From Pelomyxa schiedti (taxonomy: Eukaryota > Protista > Evosea), in NCBI GenBank assembly GCA_020536535.1, contig JAHLWZ010000834.1:26337-90336 (forward strand): a DNA stretch of 64,000 nucleotides. Reading direction: 5' to 3'. This document shows, in pieces, positions 12,034 to 24,374 of the stretch. Numbering within the stretch: the first letter of the stretch is position 1; every line of letters begins with the position of its first letter. The position numbers were made by a program, and so were the translations under genes. Below the pieces are notes generated by a model. That model was not told the DNA's origin, ran no database searches, and was given only the letters and a program-made list of their open reading frames with translations.

Positions 12034-15000
12034 ATGACGCAGGCGAGTACGACATACCTACGCAGGGTGCGTGTGCTGCTATGCTTGTTGTTATGTGGGT
12101 CTGTGACCGCAATTATGGGTAGCTCCGACGATGTCAGTGTAGAGTTGGCGGTTATGCCGTCCGCGGTAGTGAGTGTGGGGCAGCAGGGTGTTGTTTTGGT
12201 TGTCACCGCCAGTGGGATTATGGGTTCTTCAGGATTCACATTCGAGTTTGTCAAGAACGGCACTTCCTTTTGCACTTCTGATGACGTGTCCAGGCAAAGA
12301 GTGTATGAGACAAACTCACGTTTTAAAATTTTCACCCCTAATCAAATCTAGGAAGTTTGTGGATTATAGAACCCAGTACTTGTTTAGGTGGCCTGATGAC
12401 ATGCCTAGAACAACAAGTGATGCTTATACAGGATATTGTCCACAATCCATTGTTCACAAAGGGTCATCAAGGATCACTGTGCGGCATGTTGATGGGGCTT
12501 CAAATGCAACCTTGGCATTCTCCTGTGTAATGCGATCAGATAGTGGCAGCTATACTGCTGCATTGAGAGATTCTGCTGGCCAAATTGTGGCTACTTCCAA
12601 TGCAATTGATTTAGAGGTATCTGGACAGCCAAAACAGATGTTAGTGTCTGTTGGCTCCAAAGTATACAGCACTGGCGAGGAATACTCACTTGAAAACCAA
12701 CAATTTATGGTGTTTCAGCAGCCACCATTTTTTGTCCTTGCAAATTTCAGTGGGGGAACCTATGTACAAGTGGCTTTGGACATAACAAAACTTGATATCT
12801 ATGCAATAAATCAAGCAAACGACTCTGTTGGCTGGGTCTACCCTCTCTCTGAGGAGACCCTTGATGTAAAGTCTGTTCTTCAAAACTATATTGAAAATAA
12901 TGACATTTCCACCCCACAAAAATAGGAATACAACCGCAATTGCTAACATGATGATAATTGGAAAGCAAGGTGACTATAGATTAGGATTTGTGATGACGGA
13001 TACTTGTGCGGCAACGGTTTCAGCTTTTTTCTCTGGTCACTTTTCCTAAACCTCTCCAGGAGGCATCCACTGTCTTCCACCATGAGTATTACAAAAATCC
13101 TTTTGTGCCTGTGCTGATCGTTGCTTCTGTCTTATTAGGCATTTTCGTGACTATTGCCGTTACACACTGTTTTGTAATGAACATGAAATCTAAAGATGTG
13201 AGAAGCCTAGTCCTATTCCCATGATTAAAATGCCATTCCAGAGAGTTGGCATCAAAAAATTTTGCCATGAAGCATTCGACTTCTTTATAAAAATGAGTTT
13301 GGAAGATGTAACTTGTTCCCACATTGTTCTATATTAAATTTCCCCAGGTGGCCAGGAAGTCTGGCACAGAGGCAGCAGCTTATCTGATACTATCTAAGTT
13401 CAGTATATATCTTGTGTCCGTTCTGACGGTTCTGTCATTCGCAGTTGTTCTACCAGTGCGCTATCCACATATCCAATTTTAAACCTGGAGTTTTAACTCC
13501 ATTGTGTCATTCAGATTTACTTGCTAAGTGATCGTGTAGACAATCCACTTATTAAATTTACTTATTTCAACCTGAATACTGACAATCGGATGTAGTTCTT
13601 TTCCTTTCTCTATTTGTTTTTGAAAATTATTCCACAGATGGATCATATGGGCAGTGGCTGTTATCGTTTGCTTGGCAGCCATAATTAATGTTCTTTTTGC
13701 AGAACGGCACGTAAAAATCTGGCTGAAAACGTAGTTCTTTAATCTGCATCATTGTATTCTAACCCCTCCCAGGTTTGAAATGTCCAATCCTGCTATTTAC
13801 CATGGTCCTGCCAATTTACATACTATCTGGCTTAAAGGAATTGAAACGGGAACCAGAGAAGAAAAGCTCCAAGAATTTTTTGAAGCCAAGTAAGCCATTC
13901 GTGCAACTGAATTGCCAATCATTGATTGAATAGATACCCTGGGGAGGTTTTACAGGTTTCCATTCTTCCTAGGATGGATAGAATATTAAATGCCGAGCAG
14001 TCACTGAATAAGCTCACTCTGTACATATTATAAGTAAGACTTGAACTAAAAAAAGAAGTAAAAAGCGAACACCAAAGATTGAACAGCAGCTTAATGAGAA
14101 GCACAAAGAACTTGAATCTTTGCTAAGTGAACGTCCTGATAATACTAGGATTGCTCTTATTGTTTTTAAATCGACAATAACAGCCCAGCATGCCCTGGAA
14201 TCACTGCACAACTCCCGCTTAAGTGCAGTAAGTCATCCATCCAAATATATTCCTCCTGAATTGGCAACAATAGCTGCGGGCACATGCACCATATGTAGAA
14301 CATGCACCTATGCCAGAAGAAATATTTTGGAAGAACCTTCATATTCCAGCATATAAACGTGTTATAAGAGTTCTGCTTTTATTGGGTATGAAACTGGTGG
14401 TTGCTGCGCTCTTCTATATTGCTGTTTCAGCCCTTTGGGGTGTACAACTTTTCTGGGTAATGCTATAGTTCTCAATTGTCTTTTTGTTGTATGTAACTCT
14501 CAATAGCATTATTGGGTTCCTAGCTATGGAGTGCAGTTTAAAGAGATGGCCACAACACTGTTTTTCGTGTCCCTCATTTTCTTGGTTGTTGCCGCCAATG
14601 TAATTCTGCCTCCGATTTTCGGAAAAATTACAGAAAGATATGGCCACCACACAAAGTATTCACTTCTTTCTCTCAAACTCGAAGTAAGAGAAATACAGAG
14701 TTGCCTTTGATATGAGCGTTACACTAACAACATACGTTCTGGTAATGGTACCTCTCACTGAGATCCGTTACATTATTGTAGCCCCTTATCAGGAGGTCAA
14801 TCCCTTTTTCCTCTGTTTCGGACTCATTGTGATAAAAGATGTTTGCAGCTGTGATGGACAAATCTCAGGCAGATGAGCTTTTTATCTGGTTTACAACTGT
14901 TTTATATTTAACTTTCTTTATTGCCGTATGTTTACTCTTTGATCTGTGAAATCTTACATTACAGTCTGCAATAGTGCAACCTGCAATGAACTTCTTTGCA

Positions 15001-15693
15001 GGCGAGATGCCCAGGCAGAAAAGCGAATTTAAATTTGTTCAACAATGTATTGCGGCTCTTTATTTGACAGAGTTTTCTAAAAACCCTAGATTGTACACAG
15101 CTAATACTCATTTCACTTGCTATGCAGTCTGTAATATATATACCTCTCGCAGTTCCCATTCCCCTGGCATTCTTTTTCTTAAAGGTTGGTCAGTTGTGAC
15201 TACCCACATAATGGCTAAAACAAGCTCCTAAGTATTACGTCGATAAATACAATTTGTATTATAAATCCAAACCAGTCCCACCAAGAGGTCATATGACTAT
15301 GTTCAGGTTTTATACCATATCCTGCACCATCCCTTAATTTTTTTATATCCTCACATTCCACCCAGAACTGCTGATTCACTGTTCTTTATATCATTAATTA
15401 ATGCCTGGATGGGCCCACTATATCTATGCCGCTACACCCCCATCTCGTTCCGGGTTACAGTAATCATCACAGCCTCACTTATAGTACTTGTGGGAATACT
15501 CCTTGCTCTGCTCAGAATGGGTGTTTTTTGGTGCCACTGTGGGCGGTGTCATGGACCAATTTCCCGGTTGCTTCTGCCTGAAGGTGACTACAGAGATTGT
15601 ACTGAGGATGTCCTTGTTAAAGCCTATCTGCCTCCATTTCCAAAAATACAATCACAGGCTCCCGCTACGGAGCTGGACCCCCTAATGCTATGA
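12034..15693 (+). CDS. OSCA/TMEM63 (CSC1-like) mechanosensitive channel with a signal peptide and a large N-terminal ectodomain
   Basis: EAAAYLILSKFSIYL..VVLP, HTIWLKGI..EKLQEFFEA|YPGEV, IALIVFKS and HAPMPEEIFWKNL are RSN1/PHM7 motifs, followed by many TM exons. Confidence 0.75.
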
Positions 15694-15774
15694 AATTTGA
15701 AAGCAAAAGACGAGTGATTTGGAAAAAGCACAGCTTTTCTTTTTTTTTTTTTTTTTGTATTGACTGGAAAGTCA

Positions 15775-17777
15775 CTAATGAACACTGCTGGCTCTGTATT
15801 CTGCAATTAAATTGTTCACTTGGTAGGACAATGTTTCAAAATCAGAGAGTTCCAGGTATCTTCGTGTGTTGGAAACAAGCAACTTGGGGAAAATGGTACA
15901 TGGAAGCAGATATTCTTGTCCATATGGTTCCATCTGGGAGTTGATAAATATACATCACTTTGTTGTACCTAGACAGAAGAGTGTCCTGAAATAGAGTGTG
16001 GTCAGGGGGAACATTTGGCAATTAAATTGGGAATTTGTAAGTGGCCCACATGAACCCAGTTGGCAAGCTCCCAGTCATCTTCAGGGAACTTAACATCAGC
16101 CATTGCTGATGCAACTTCGGGTGGTCCTGAAATAACAGTTCCCCAGGTTGATGACAGGAATTCTGCCGCGGCCCACGCCAGGTTTATATTGTAGTCCTTG
16201 ATGGCTTTATCTCCACCAACATAATCCCGCCAGGTAAATACATCGACCATTGTTGAAAAAGGGCAGTAGTCGCGAGTGCCGGTGTAACTTGGTATTGGTT
16301 GTTCATTTCCCAATTTGAAAGAGGGCGTACGAGAAGCGATCTGGAAATGCATTGACATACTCGGAAATGATGGGAGGCATTGGATTCGACTTGGTTTGCA
16401 GTGAGTTTCTTGCATATAAGAATCCGGTTCCTTTGGGTGCAAAAAACCACCTATTGATTCTTCTTACACTCAGTAGGATTCAAGGGTTGAATGACACTTG
16501 TATGCAGTAGCGACATAGTAATCGGGATCTATAGCTGTAATATTGATGTCTATATTTCCCATTGCCTGAGATCCATCAACAGCAACGGTAATTCCGTAGG
16601 AGTGTGCCATTGCTACAAGTTCTGTGACGGGGAGGACAGTAGATGGAGCCGCCTCAACGTCTGTACTTTGTGTTAGGTGTTTTTTCTTCATATACATGAT
16701 ATACCATACGTGAGAAAATAGCGAATTTAATGGGACTGGCAATATTCGCCTCAATGAAACTGCGAACAGCATCCACAATTTGTGTGGTAGAGTTCAAGGG
16801 ATATGTAAACGGTGGGACAACAAGAACCTCAATTCCTGTGTGTGTTCAAAACAAAGGTGAGAAGTACAAGACAACCTTCGACCTCAGTTAGATAGTCGAG
16901 TATTTTTTTCACCATTGGGTAGGCACTATCCAGTACCAAAATTCGATCTCCAGGCGAAAATATCTGGGATCTCAGCACTGAGTTCATTCCCCCGCTTCCG
17001 TTTTCAACCATAACGATATCACTCTCATTGGCACTGACATAAATCGCAATGGCTGCTCGGCTCTGCAACAAGTAGCCGTGATATCCTTCAATGAAATTGA
17101 ACCATATTTCCACCCTCTGCTCTGCCAACTGCTCAAATCTATTGCGATAAAGTTCAAGTCAGGACAGTGTTCATTACTCAGTAAGAAAATACAAAGGGGC
17201 AGAGACAGAATACATACGAATGAAGCTTGTCAAGTATCTTAAGTGGAACAGCCCCAAAAGAACCCTGGTTCAAATTAACCCAATCCTCATCAAACCCAAA
17301 CTCTGACCTGGAATGAATCACCCATTTTAACTCGAAAATAGCAACATTACATAGGTCATAAAATCAAACCAACCTCATTGGGTGACCAAAAGCCGGGGAC
17401 ACCCCGTCGTCGCTGCTGCTGCCGCCCCCCACCAGCACCTCGAACATCACCCCCACCCCCACCACCGCTCCAACCAGCACCACCACCCCGGCCACCAGCA
17501 CCACGGCCCAGGCCGCCTTCCCTCTCCCCCTGCAGCCGACCCGCCGGGTGCCCCCAGGCTTCCCCTCACGCAGCCCCGTGGTCTCCTGCGCTCCTCCGCA
17601 CTCCCCGCAGCCGGCAGGGGTGTCCCTGGCCCCCTCGTAACCAGCCAGCAGACCCACGCCTGCTGCCCCCTCCCCGGGCGCGATTGCGTCCATAGCCACA
17701 GGGGCGCAGGAGGAGGCCCCCTCGTAATCTCCCTCTCGCGCCCCCTCACCGTCTGCCGTGTGCTGCCCGAGATCCAT
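15775..17777 (-). CDS. PLP-dependent class-V aminotransferase-fold lyase (Egt2 / L-cysteine desulfhydrase / isopenicillin-N epimerase-like) with an N-terminal TM anchor, paralog A
   Basis: NLNQGSFGAVP, VENGSGGMNSVLRS, VDGSQAMG, PDYYVATAYK, YTGTRDY, RISASIYLELSDF. Confidence 0.85.
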
Positions 17778-17860
17778 CGGGCTCACGAATCGCGACTGCT
17801 TTGTTTGGTTTTCGACGGTTGGGCGGTTTTCTGCACCGAACCGGTTCGACCAGATACGAG

Positions 17861-19599
17861 ATGGGTGGGTCGGGGCGCGCGTTTGCGTGCAGTGTGGGGG
17901 TGAGTGTTGGGGTGGTGGTTGCGATAACGGTCGGCGTCCTAGTGTGGATCTTGGTAACGACGGACGACGACCAGTTTGGCCATGACATGTTGTATGTGGT
18001 CGGAGACTGTGTCTCTGAGGGTCGCTGGGATTGGATTTCGTTTATATGTAATCTCTAATATTGACCGAAGGAAGGAATTTGGACTGGCGTCGAATTGGAC
18101 GAGTATTAACAATGGTGGGTTTGGGTCAGTGCCTAACAAGGTCATGGATAAGCTGACTGAGTACTGCGCATTCTCATTCTACACTATCCATTAATTGCAG
18201 AGCACCTCTAAAACAGACTGCGAAGAGAAGTAGAAAAATCTCCAGATATATGGTTTACCGAATCATACAAGAACTTGGTTGATTCAGTAAGAGATAAGCT
18301 GGCAAAGATGGTCAATGCGTCAGATACATCAGAGCTTGTCCTCATTGAAAATGCCAGTACAGGAATAAATGATGTTTTGAGAACCTTCCCCTACAGTGTT
18401 GGGGATAAGATTCTCATATTTGAAAGAGCATATCAGTCTGTTATTCAGACTCTCACGTACTTGAATGACATCAAGCGTTTGTCCCCCTATTTCTGACTGT
18501 TTCATCCCTGAGATTCCTCCAAGAAATAGAGATTCTTAGAGTACCGAACTTCGTCTATCCTCTTCCATCCCAGCAGTATGTAGTCGATACAGTGGAAGCT
18601 TTTGTGGTCCAACACCTTCCAATCAGACTAGCTTCAATTTCGCGTGTGCATCTCTGTACAAAGAAAAATACTCATCTTGTAACAGATATCGAGTCAAGAC
18701 CCTCAACCGTATTTCCTCTGCACCTGCTCATCCCAATGTTGCATAACTACAACATTACCGTAGTTATTGATGGCGCACATGCTCTTGGTAATATTCCAAT
18801 TGATTTGCAGGCTCTGAAGCCAGACTATTACTTTTGCAATACCCACAAGTAAGAATGTATTCAGTGAGGAAGTTCTAGCTAATTAACGCCTTCAGGTGGC
18901 TTTTTTCTCCCAAGGGAACTGGGTTTTTGTGGGTCAAGCCAGGCATGCCAAGGGTTGTACCAACAGTTATTTCAGCGACTTGGGGTAATAGTGATTGGAC
19001 TGACGACTTTGTGTGGGCTCCTTGAATCCTTAGATCGTCCTAACCTTTTCCCATAGATATACAGGCACCAGAGATTACACCTCCTTTGCTGCCATTTTGG
19101 AAGCCATTTCATGGCGAGAATCAATCGGGGGGGAACAAGCAATAATGGATTACAACCGCAACCTTGCGTAATTCCTTCTTGTCTATGGAGACTACATTTA
19201 ACGGGTTGCCACTACTGCTAGGTGGACAGCTGGTCAGTACCTTGCTGGGCTCTGGAACTCAACGGTCAGCATTCCTCAAGACATGGCTTCTGCAATGATT
19301 GATATTAAGCTCGTCAACAATGACCAAGGAGCGATGTACTACACCAGAGTATGTTACTTTCAAAGCACCAAACAGTTAAGATAATACAGACGGCCCTAAT
19401 AAATCGCTATGGGGAATATCCCGCTTTCTATCCGATGGATGGCACAAACTGGATCAGGATATCGGCACAGATGTTCTAAACCCCTTCACTTTGGAATATG
19501 TTAATCATTTGTAGATTCTTGGAACTCTCTGACTTCCAAGTTCTCGGGGATAGAATAAACCAACTCTATGACGAGTACTATGCACAATCGAACCTTTGA
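17861..19599 (+). CDS. PLP-dependent class-V aminotransferase-fold lyase with an N-terminal TM anchor, paralog B
   Basis: SINNGGFGSVP, IENASTGINDVLR, IDGAHALG, PDYYFCNTHK|WLFSPKGTGFLWV, YTGTRDY, RISAQIFLELSDF. Confidence 0.88.
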
Positions 19600-19840
19600 T
19601 ACCTCCATTCTCCCTGTGTGTCCGTGTCGATGCAGGCAAATCAGTTTGAAGAAAAAATTAAGGCGAAGAATAGAATAGGGAACTGTTCTATTTGTCCACC
19701 ACATATCCAGTACTCTGATAACTAAAACATTCGCCATATCTTCTTTTTATTATTTACGTACAACAAAGGCCAGACCCATTCTCGTCAGAATTATCCTTGA
19801 CTGTACAAAAATGGACTGCTGTTTGATCTCAGATCGGATT

Positions 19841-21030
19841 CTAGAAGCACTTGCGGTGTACAACGGTTGGCCCAGATTCGTCGTACTCCTCCTTGTTGAT
19901 CCACATCTGCTGGAATGAGCTCACAGATACAAGGATTGATCCTCCAATCCAGGCAAGGTACTGGCTCTCACGCCGCGCAATGACGCGGACTTTTGTGTTT
20001 GCGGGGGCAAGTTGTGCCATCTCCTTCCGCAACCTCTCAGCAATGCCCGGGAACTTACACGTGCCTCCAGAAAGCACAATGTTGTTGTAGAGCTCTTCAT
20101 GGATACCGGGGTCACACTTTGTGAGGGATTCGTAGCATGCGTCATGGATTCCGGGAGCATCCAGACCACTGAGGTATGGTTGGAAGAGTACCTCCGCGCA
20201 CCTGAACCTCTCGCTGCCGATTGTGACGTTACTCCCATCAGGAAGTCTGTAGCTCTTTTCAAGGGACGAGGTCTCGGCGGCGGTCTTCATCTCAGCTTCA
20301 AAGTCAAAGGCAACGTATGCAAGGCGTTCCTTGATTGCACATACAGCCTCCCGTTCGGTTTTGGTTGTCATCAAAGAGTATCCGCGCTCAGTTAAAATTG
20401 TCATCATGTGGTCAGTGAGGTCCCTGCCGGCAAAGTTCAGCCTGCGAATGGTGTTCGGGAGTGCGTAGCCTTCATATACCGGTACAGCGTGAGTTAGACC
20501 ATAGCCACTATCCACGACAATTCCCGAAGTTCTTTCTGAGCCGTAGAGAGACAGGACTGCAGGGTTGGCGACGAACATTCCCGGGGTGTTGAATGTCTCG
20601 AACATGATCTGTGTCATTTTCTCGCGGTCGGGCCTGCAAGGGAGCGGAGAATCAGTGAGCAGGACTGGGTACTCCTCTGGTTCAACCCCCAACACCTTTT
20701 CGAAGGTGTGGTGCCATATTTTCTCCATGTTGTCCCAGTTGACGACGGTGCCGCGATCGATTGGGTACGTCGACTTCATCATCAACCCGGCCGTAGCGAC
20801 TTCGTCACCCACGTACGTCTCCTGCCCAGGAATTCCTCCGAGGGGACGCCCAACGATTGTCTGCCGTTTCAGTTTGTAAGGTCAGTGGAAAACAAAAGTA
20901 CTATTAAAGAGGAAAGGTAGGAACGCACGGGGAAAATGGAGCGAGGGGCGTCGTCGCCACCGAATCCGGCCTTGAAACTGCCTGAGCCATTGTCAAAAAC
21001 GAGCGCCGGCACTACTTCTGCTTCCGTCAT
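19841..21030 (-). CDS. Divergent actin paralog (one intron)
   Basis: [80 protein letters not shown]. Confidence 0.92.
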
Positions 21031-21256
21031 CGCAAAGTTCTTTCGTGGTTGTTGCGCCAACCACCCTTAAAAGCAGCTACATCCAACTTGTTGGGGTCGT
21101 GCTTCCCAACTTGTTTGATCGTCTTTTTTTAACAACACCCAATTGATCGGTCTTTCGTCGGAAATCATCAAAGCACAAACTTTCCCTTTTGTTTCAAACA
21201 TACAATACAAGCTTCAGTGTTACAACTGCGAGGGAGAAGGTACCGACCTCCACCTC

Positions 21257-22992
21257 CTACAACAACAGCGGGTCATCGTCCTGCACCTCAAAAGGGAACT
21301 GGAGCGTCCTGAAGTCCAAGAGGCAGCGAGCAATCTCAGTGAGGCAGAACCCGTTGAGCAGGGCAGCGGCGCGGCATCGCGCGCCTGCTCGTGGCAAGCT
21401 GCACGCCATGAACGCGGCAGCGGAGCCCCGCCAGTCGAACGACTGGTAGCACAGCCGAGCCAGCGACTCCACGAACTTGGAGATGATCTCCCCGCGGCAG
21501 TCCACGATCTGCAGGCTGGTTCCTTTGCCTGTGCCTGTGCCTGTGCCTGTGACTCTGCTTTTGCCTTTGCCTTTTCCGGTGCCTTTGCCTGTGGCAGTTG
21601 CAGTTGCAGTTGGAGTGTCTGCGGTCCTCCTGATGCACACGGGGGCGCACCACATGCCCACATCCTTGGGGTGCTTCCTCACGGGGCCGTGGTACACTTC
21701 GTACAGCCCCTCGCAGTATTGCAGCTGTATCACCACTGTGTGGTGTGCTGGCTCTGTGATGGTGTGCCGGCCAATGGGGATGGACACTTTCTTCTTTGCG
21801 TGTTTGCAAGCCAGCAGGACGTCAGACATCAGGTACGCTGTTTATTTCCGAGACTCGTACTTGGGCAGGATGGCCGGCAGTTCCCTTGAGGATTTATGTT
21901 GGTTGTTTTTGTTAGGTTTTTGATGTTTGTTGTGTTGGGGAGTGGATGCCACGTACATTATGAGTTGCCTTTTTGGGGGCCATACACCTTTATAATGGAC
22001 AAGTTTTGGTGCCAACTGAAGGGCCTCTCGTATTCGTTCTTGAGTTTGCAGTGCCTTATTGACAACTGCCTCACGTTAAGTAATTTTATTGTTTGGTGAG
22101 TTCACATACAGTCTGCCAGTTCCCTCAATGCGGTGATTATGGTATCAATCTCAGGGCAGGGAACGCCAATATTTCTTTTCATATCCTGTTTGAATTAATA
22201 GTTTTGAATGTCACAAGGAAAACTGGCCTGGAATAGAAGCATATACCTTGGAATTCTACAAACTTGTGCTTTAAGCAGGGTCTCGAGATTTAGACCCTCC
22301 ATTGTAGCACTGAAGTCCAAATCCTGGGAAAATAAGTCAAAGCGTTCACCTTACTTCAAAGTACCTTCAAGAATTTCGCCCAGGTTGGGTTCTTTGCCTT
22401 TAGCGTAGCAAGAATGTTGTATCCACAGGCATAGGACTCCCCAACCATCAGATACACGTTATAAAGATCCGCTGTTTTCTTTGGAAATTAGCATATTTGC
22501 CAAGAGAAAAGAGAAAGGAACCATCCACTGTATAAACACTGCCAAAAGGTCAGGAATTAGTGTTTCCTCTGGTATTCCATAAAACTGCTCAGACAACCTA
22601 TTTTTACCAGGTTCTCAGAACTGTGTAGGGAAAAAAAAAGAAAAGAAATGACACCGTCCATGGGCCTCTTGAAGCGCTTCCATTGACTTGAAAATAGTCG
22701 TGAATTGGGAAGGTGTCATCGCCAGTTTGGCTTCGGCAATGTACAGCCTGTGTTTCGACAACGTCGTCACGAAGCTGGCCTCGGTCGTTACTATCTCCCG
22801 GGCCACCAGTTTGGCCCTGTGCCCGTAATCGGGTTTGGGTGCAGCCTTTGGTGGTGGGGGTATGCGTGGAGGCGGTATAAACGTTTCATCGAAGGCTGGT
22901 GGTGGTATGTATGTATCATCGAAGGGTGGCGCGTCGTAGCTCGGGGGCGGGATTGGTGACTGCGACGTTATCGGGTTATCAACAGCACTCAT
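21257..22992 (-). CDS. RhoGEF (DH-PH) protein with a Pro-rich N-terminus and a C-terminal extension
   Basis: RAKLVAREIVTTEASFVTTL (DH helix 1), VCRIPRYMLLFQ|DMKRN, then PH-like YAVYLMSDVLLACK. Confidence 0.75.
21524..21612. repeat. Coding hexamer microsatellite (GCCTGT/GCCTTT/GCAGTT) encoding TA/KG/TG dipeptide runs
   Basis: Visible tandem hexamers encoding TATATATGKGTGKGKGKSRVTGTGTGTGKG. Confidence 0.8.
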
Positions 22993-23065
22993 AGTACAAA
23001 ACGCCCAACCGATTTTTTTCCTTTTTGGGGTACCACAAGACCTTCAAAGAGAAAAACATGTTTCT

Positions 23066-24208
23066 TCATCCTCCAAAAGTCTCAAGAACACCTGAAGCAC
23101 CAGCACAGCAGGCAACGAGGTTTAGCCAGCACATACGTTGGCGATCAGTTTCATTTGGACAAGCGGAGAGTACCAAAAGTTGCTTGACTGGCGATGTGGC
23201 CAGGCTTTCCTTCCGTGTGTGGCTGCTGTTCATTGACCAGGCATGCCACTCGGAATAGTAGTCTCTCTTGGCCAAAGGGAGCCACGGTTTGGGTATTGAG
23301 CCATACGTAGCCATCTCAGATAGCGGGGGTGGAGGAATTGGGTCACCGCGGTTCATAACACAGAACCCAAGCCTTATCTCTCCACTCTCAACTTTTCCAT
23401 TCCTCTCGCCCACTGAAACATCTCCAACAGAGAACATAAACACTTGTGCATTCCCACCAGACACTTCAAACATGATCACGCCAGAAAAGCTCTGATCATC
23501 GCTCAGCGACAATTCGTTGTGGCACTGTATCACCCGAATGCCCTCGAAAAACTTTCTCAGGCTTGCCTGCGATTTTGCGTCCAGGTACTCCCAGCGCGCG
23601 TCCTCCTCACCTTCCAAATCTGCCGGTTTGGCATCCGCCACTTGCAACTCCCACTCTTTCCTCTCAATAAGTGCTTTGGCGAATGCACTCAAAGTCTCCA
23701 ATTCACCCATCTGCATTCGAAGCAATTTCCTGTGCCTTGTACCATCTGTGATCGCGCTTCTAGCCTCTTTCAGGTCTTTCAGCTCGCGCCTCGCACATGA
23801 TGTCTTCATGTTGAATACCAGGCTCACTCTGGTGCAGGCCTCCCAGCACTTATGGGAGCACCGAGCAAATGGAAACAAGCACTCCGTGTGCGACACCTTT
23901 GGCGGCGAAACAGCAGTGGGTGGTGTATACAATTGTGGGATTGACGACACAGGTGGAGGTGGATGCGGCCGAAGTGAGACAAAAGGAGGGAGGAGTAGCA
24001 TTCCCACAATCACATCGAGCACATTCGGCGGCAACACCGTGTCCAGACCCCCACTTTCGCAACGAACTGCACCCGCGTGGCCAGTTCCGCTCGTGGTTGT
24101 TGTGTCTGGCAGAACGCGCACAGGGGACGACGCTGGCGGCTGAGGTTGTGGTTTGATCCTCCTGCGTTTTCCTTGTGCTTGTTGCGGCGAGCCTTCCTCG
24201 TTTTGCAT
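23066..24208 (-). CDS. Intronless 380-aa hypothetical protein with a weak F-box-like motif
   Basis: Long uninterrupted ORF; LDTVLPPNVLDVIVGMLL...FARCSHKCWE resembles a split F-box. Confidence 0.65.
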   Translation of the reverse strand: MQNEEGSPQQAQGKRRRIKPQPQPPASSPVRVLPDTTTTSGTGHAGAVRCESGGLDTVLPPNVLDVIVGMLLLPPFVSLRPHPPPPVSSIPQLYTPPTAVSPPKVSHTECLFPFARCSHKCWEACTRVSLVFNMKTSCARRELKDLKEARSAITDGTRHRKLLRMQMGELETLSAFAKALIERKEWELQVADAKPADLEGEEDARWEYLDAKSQASLRKFFEGIRVIQCHNELSLSDDQSFSGVIMFEVSGGNAQVFMFSVGDVSVGERNGKVESGEIRLGFCVMNRGDPIPPPPLSEMATYGSIPKPWLPLAKRDYYSEWHAWSMNSSHTRKESLATSPVKQLLVLSACPNETDRQRMCWLNLVACCAGASGVLETFGG

Positions 24209-24374
24209 CTCACAAAAAAAAAAAAAAAAGCGTTTTGCAAGAAGAGCCGAAACATTTTCTAACGCCTTGCCAAGTCAACAGACCGGAACGCTGTCATTTT
24301 CGTTATCTTCGTTCAGGATTGGCCGTTTGTGGCTTTTTAACTGACTCGCAAGTTATTTGGTTCAGGGCGAAAAA

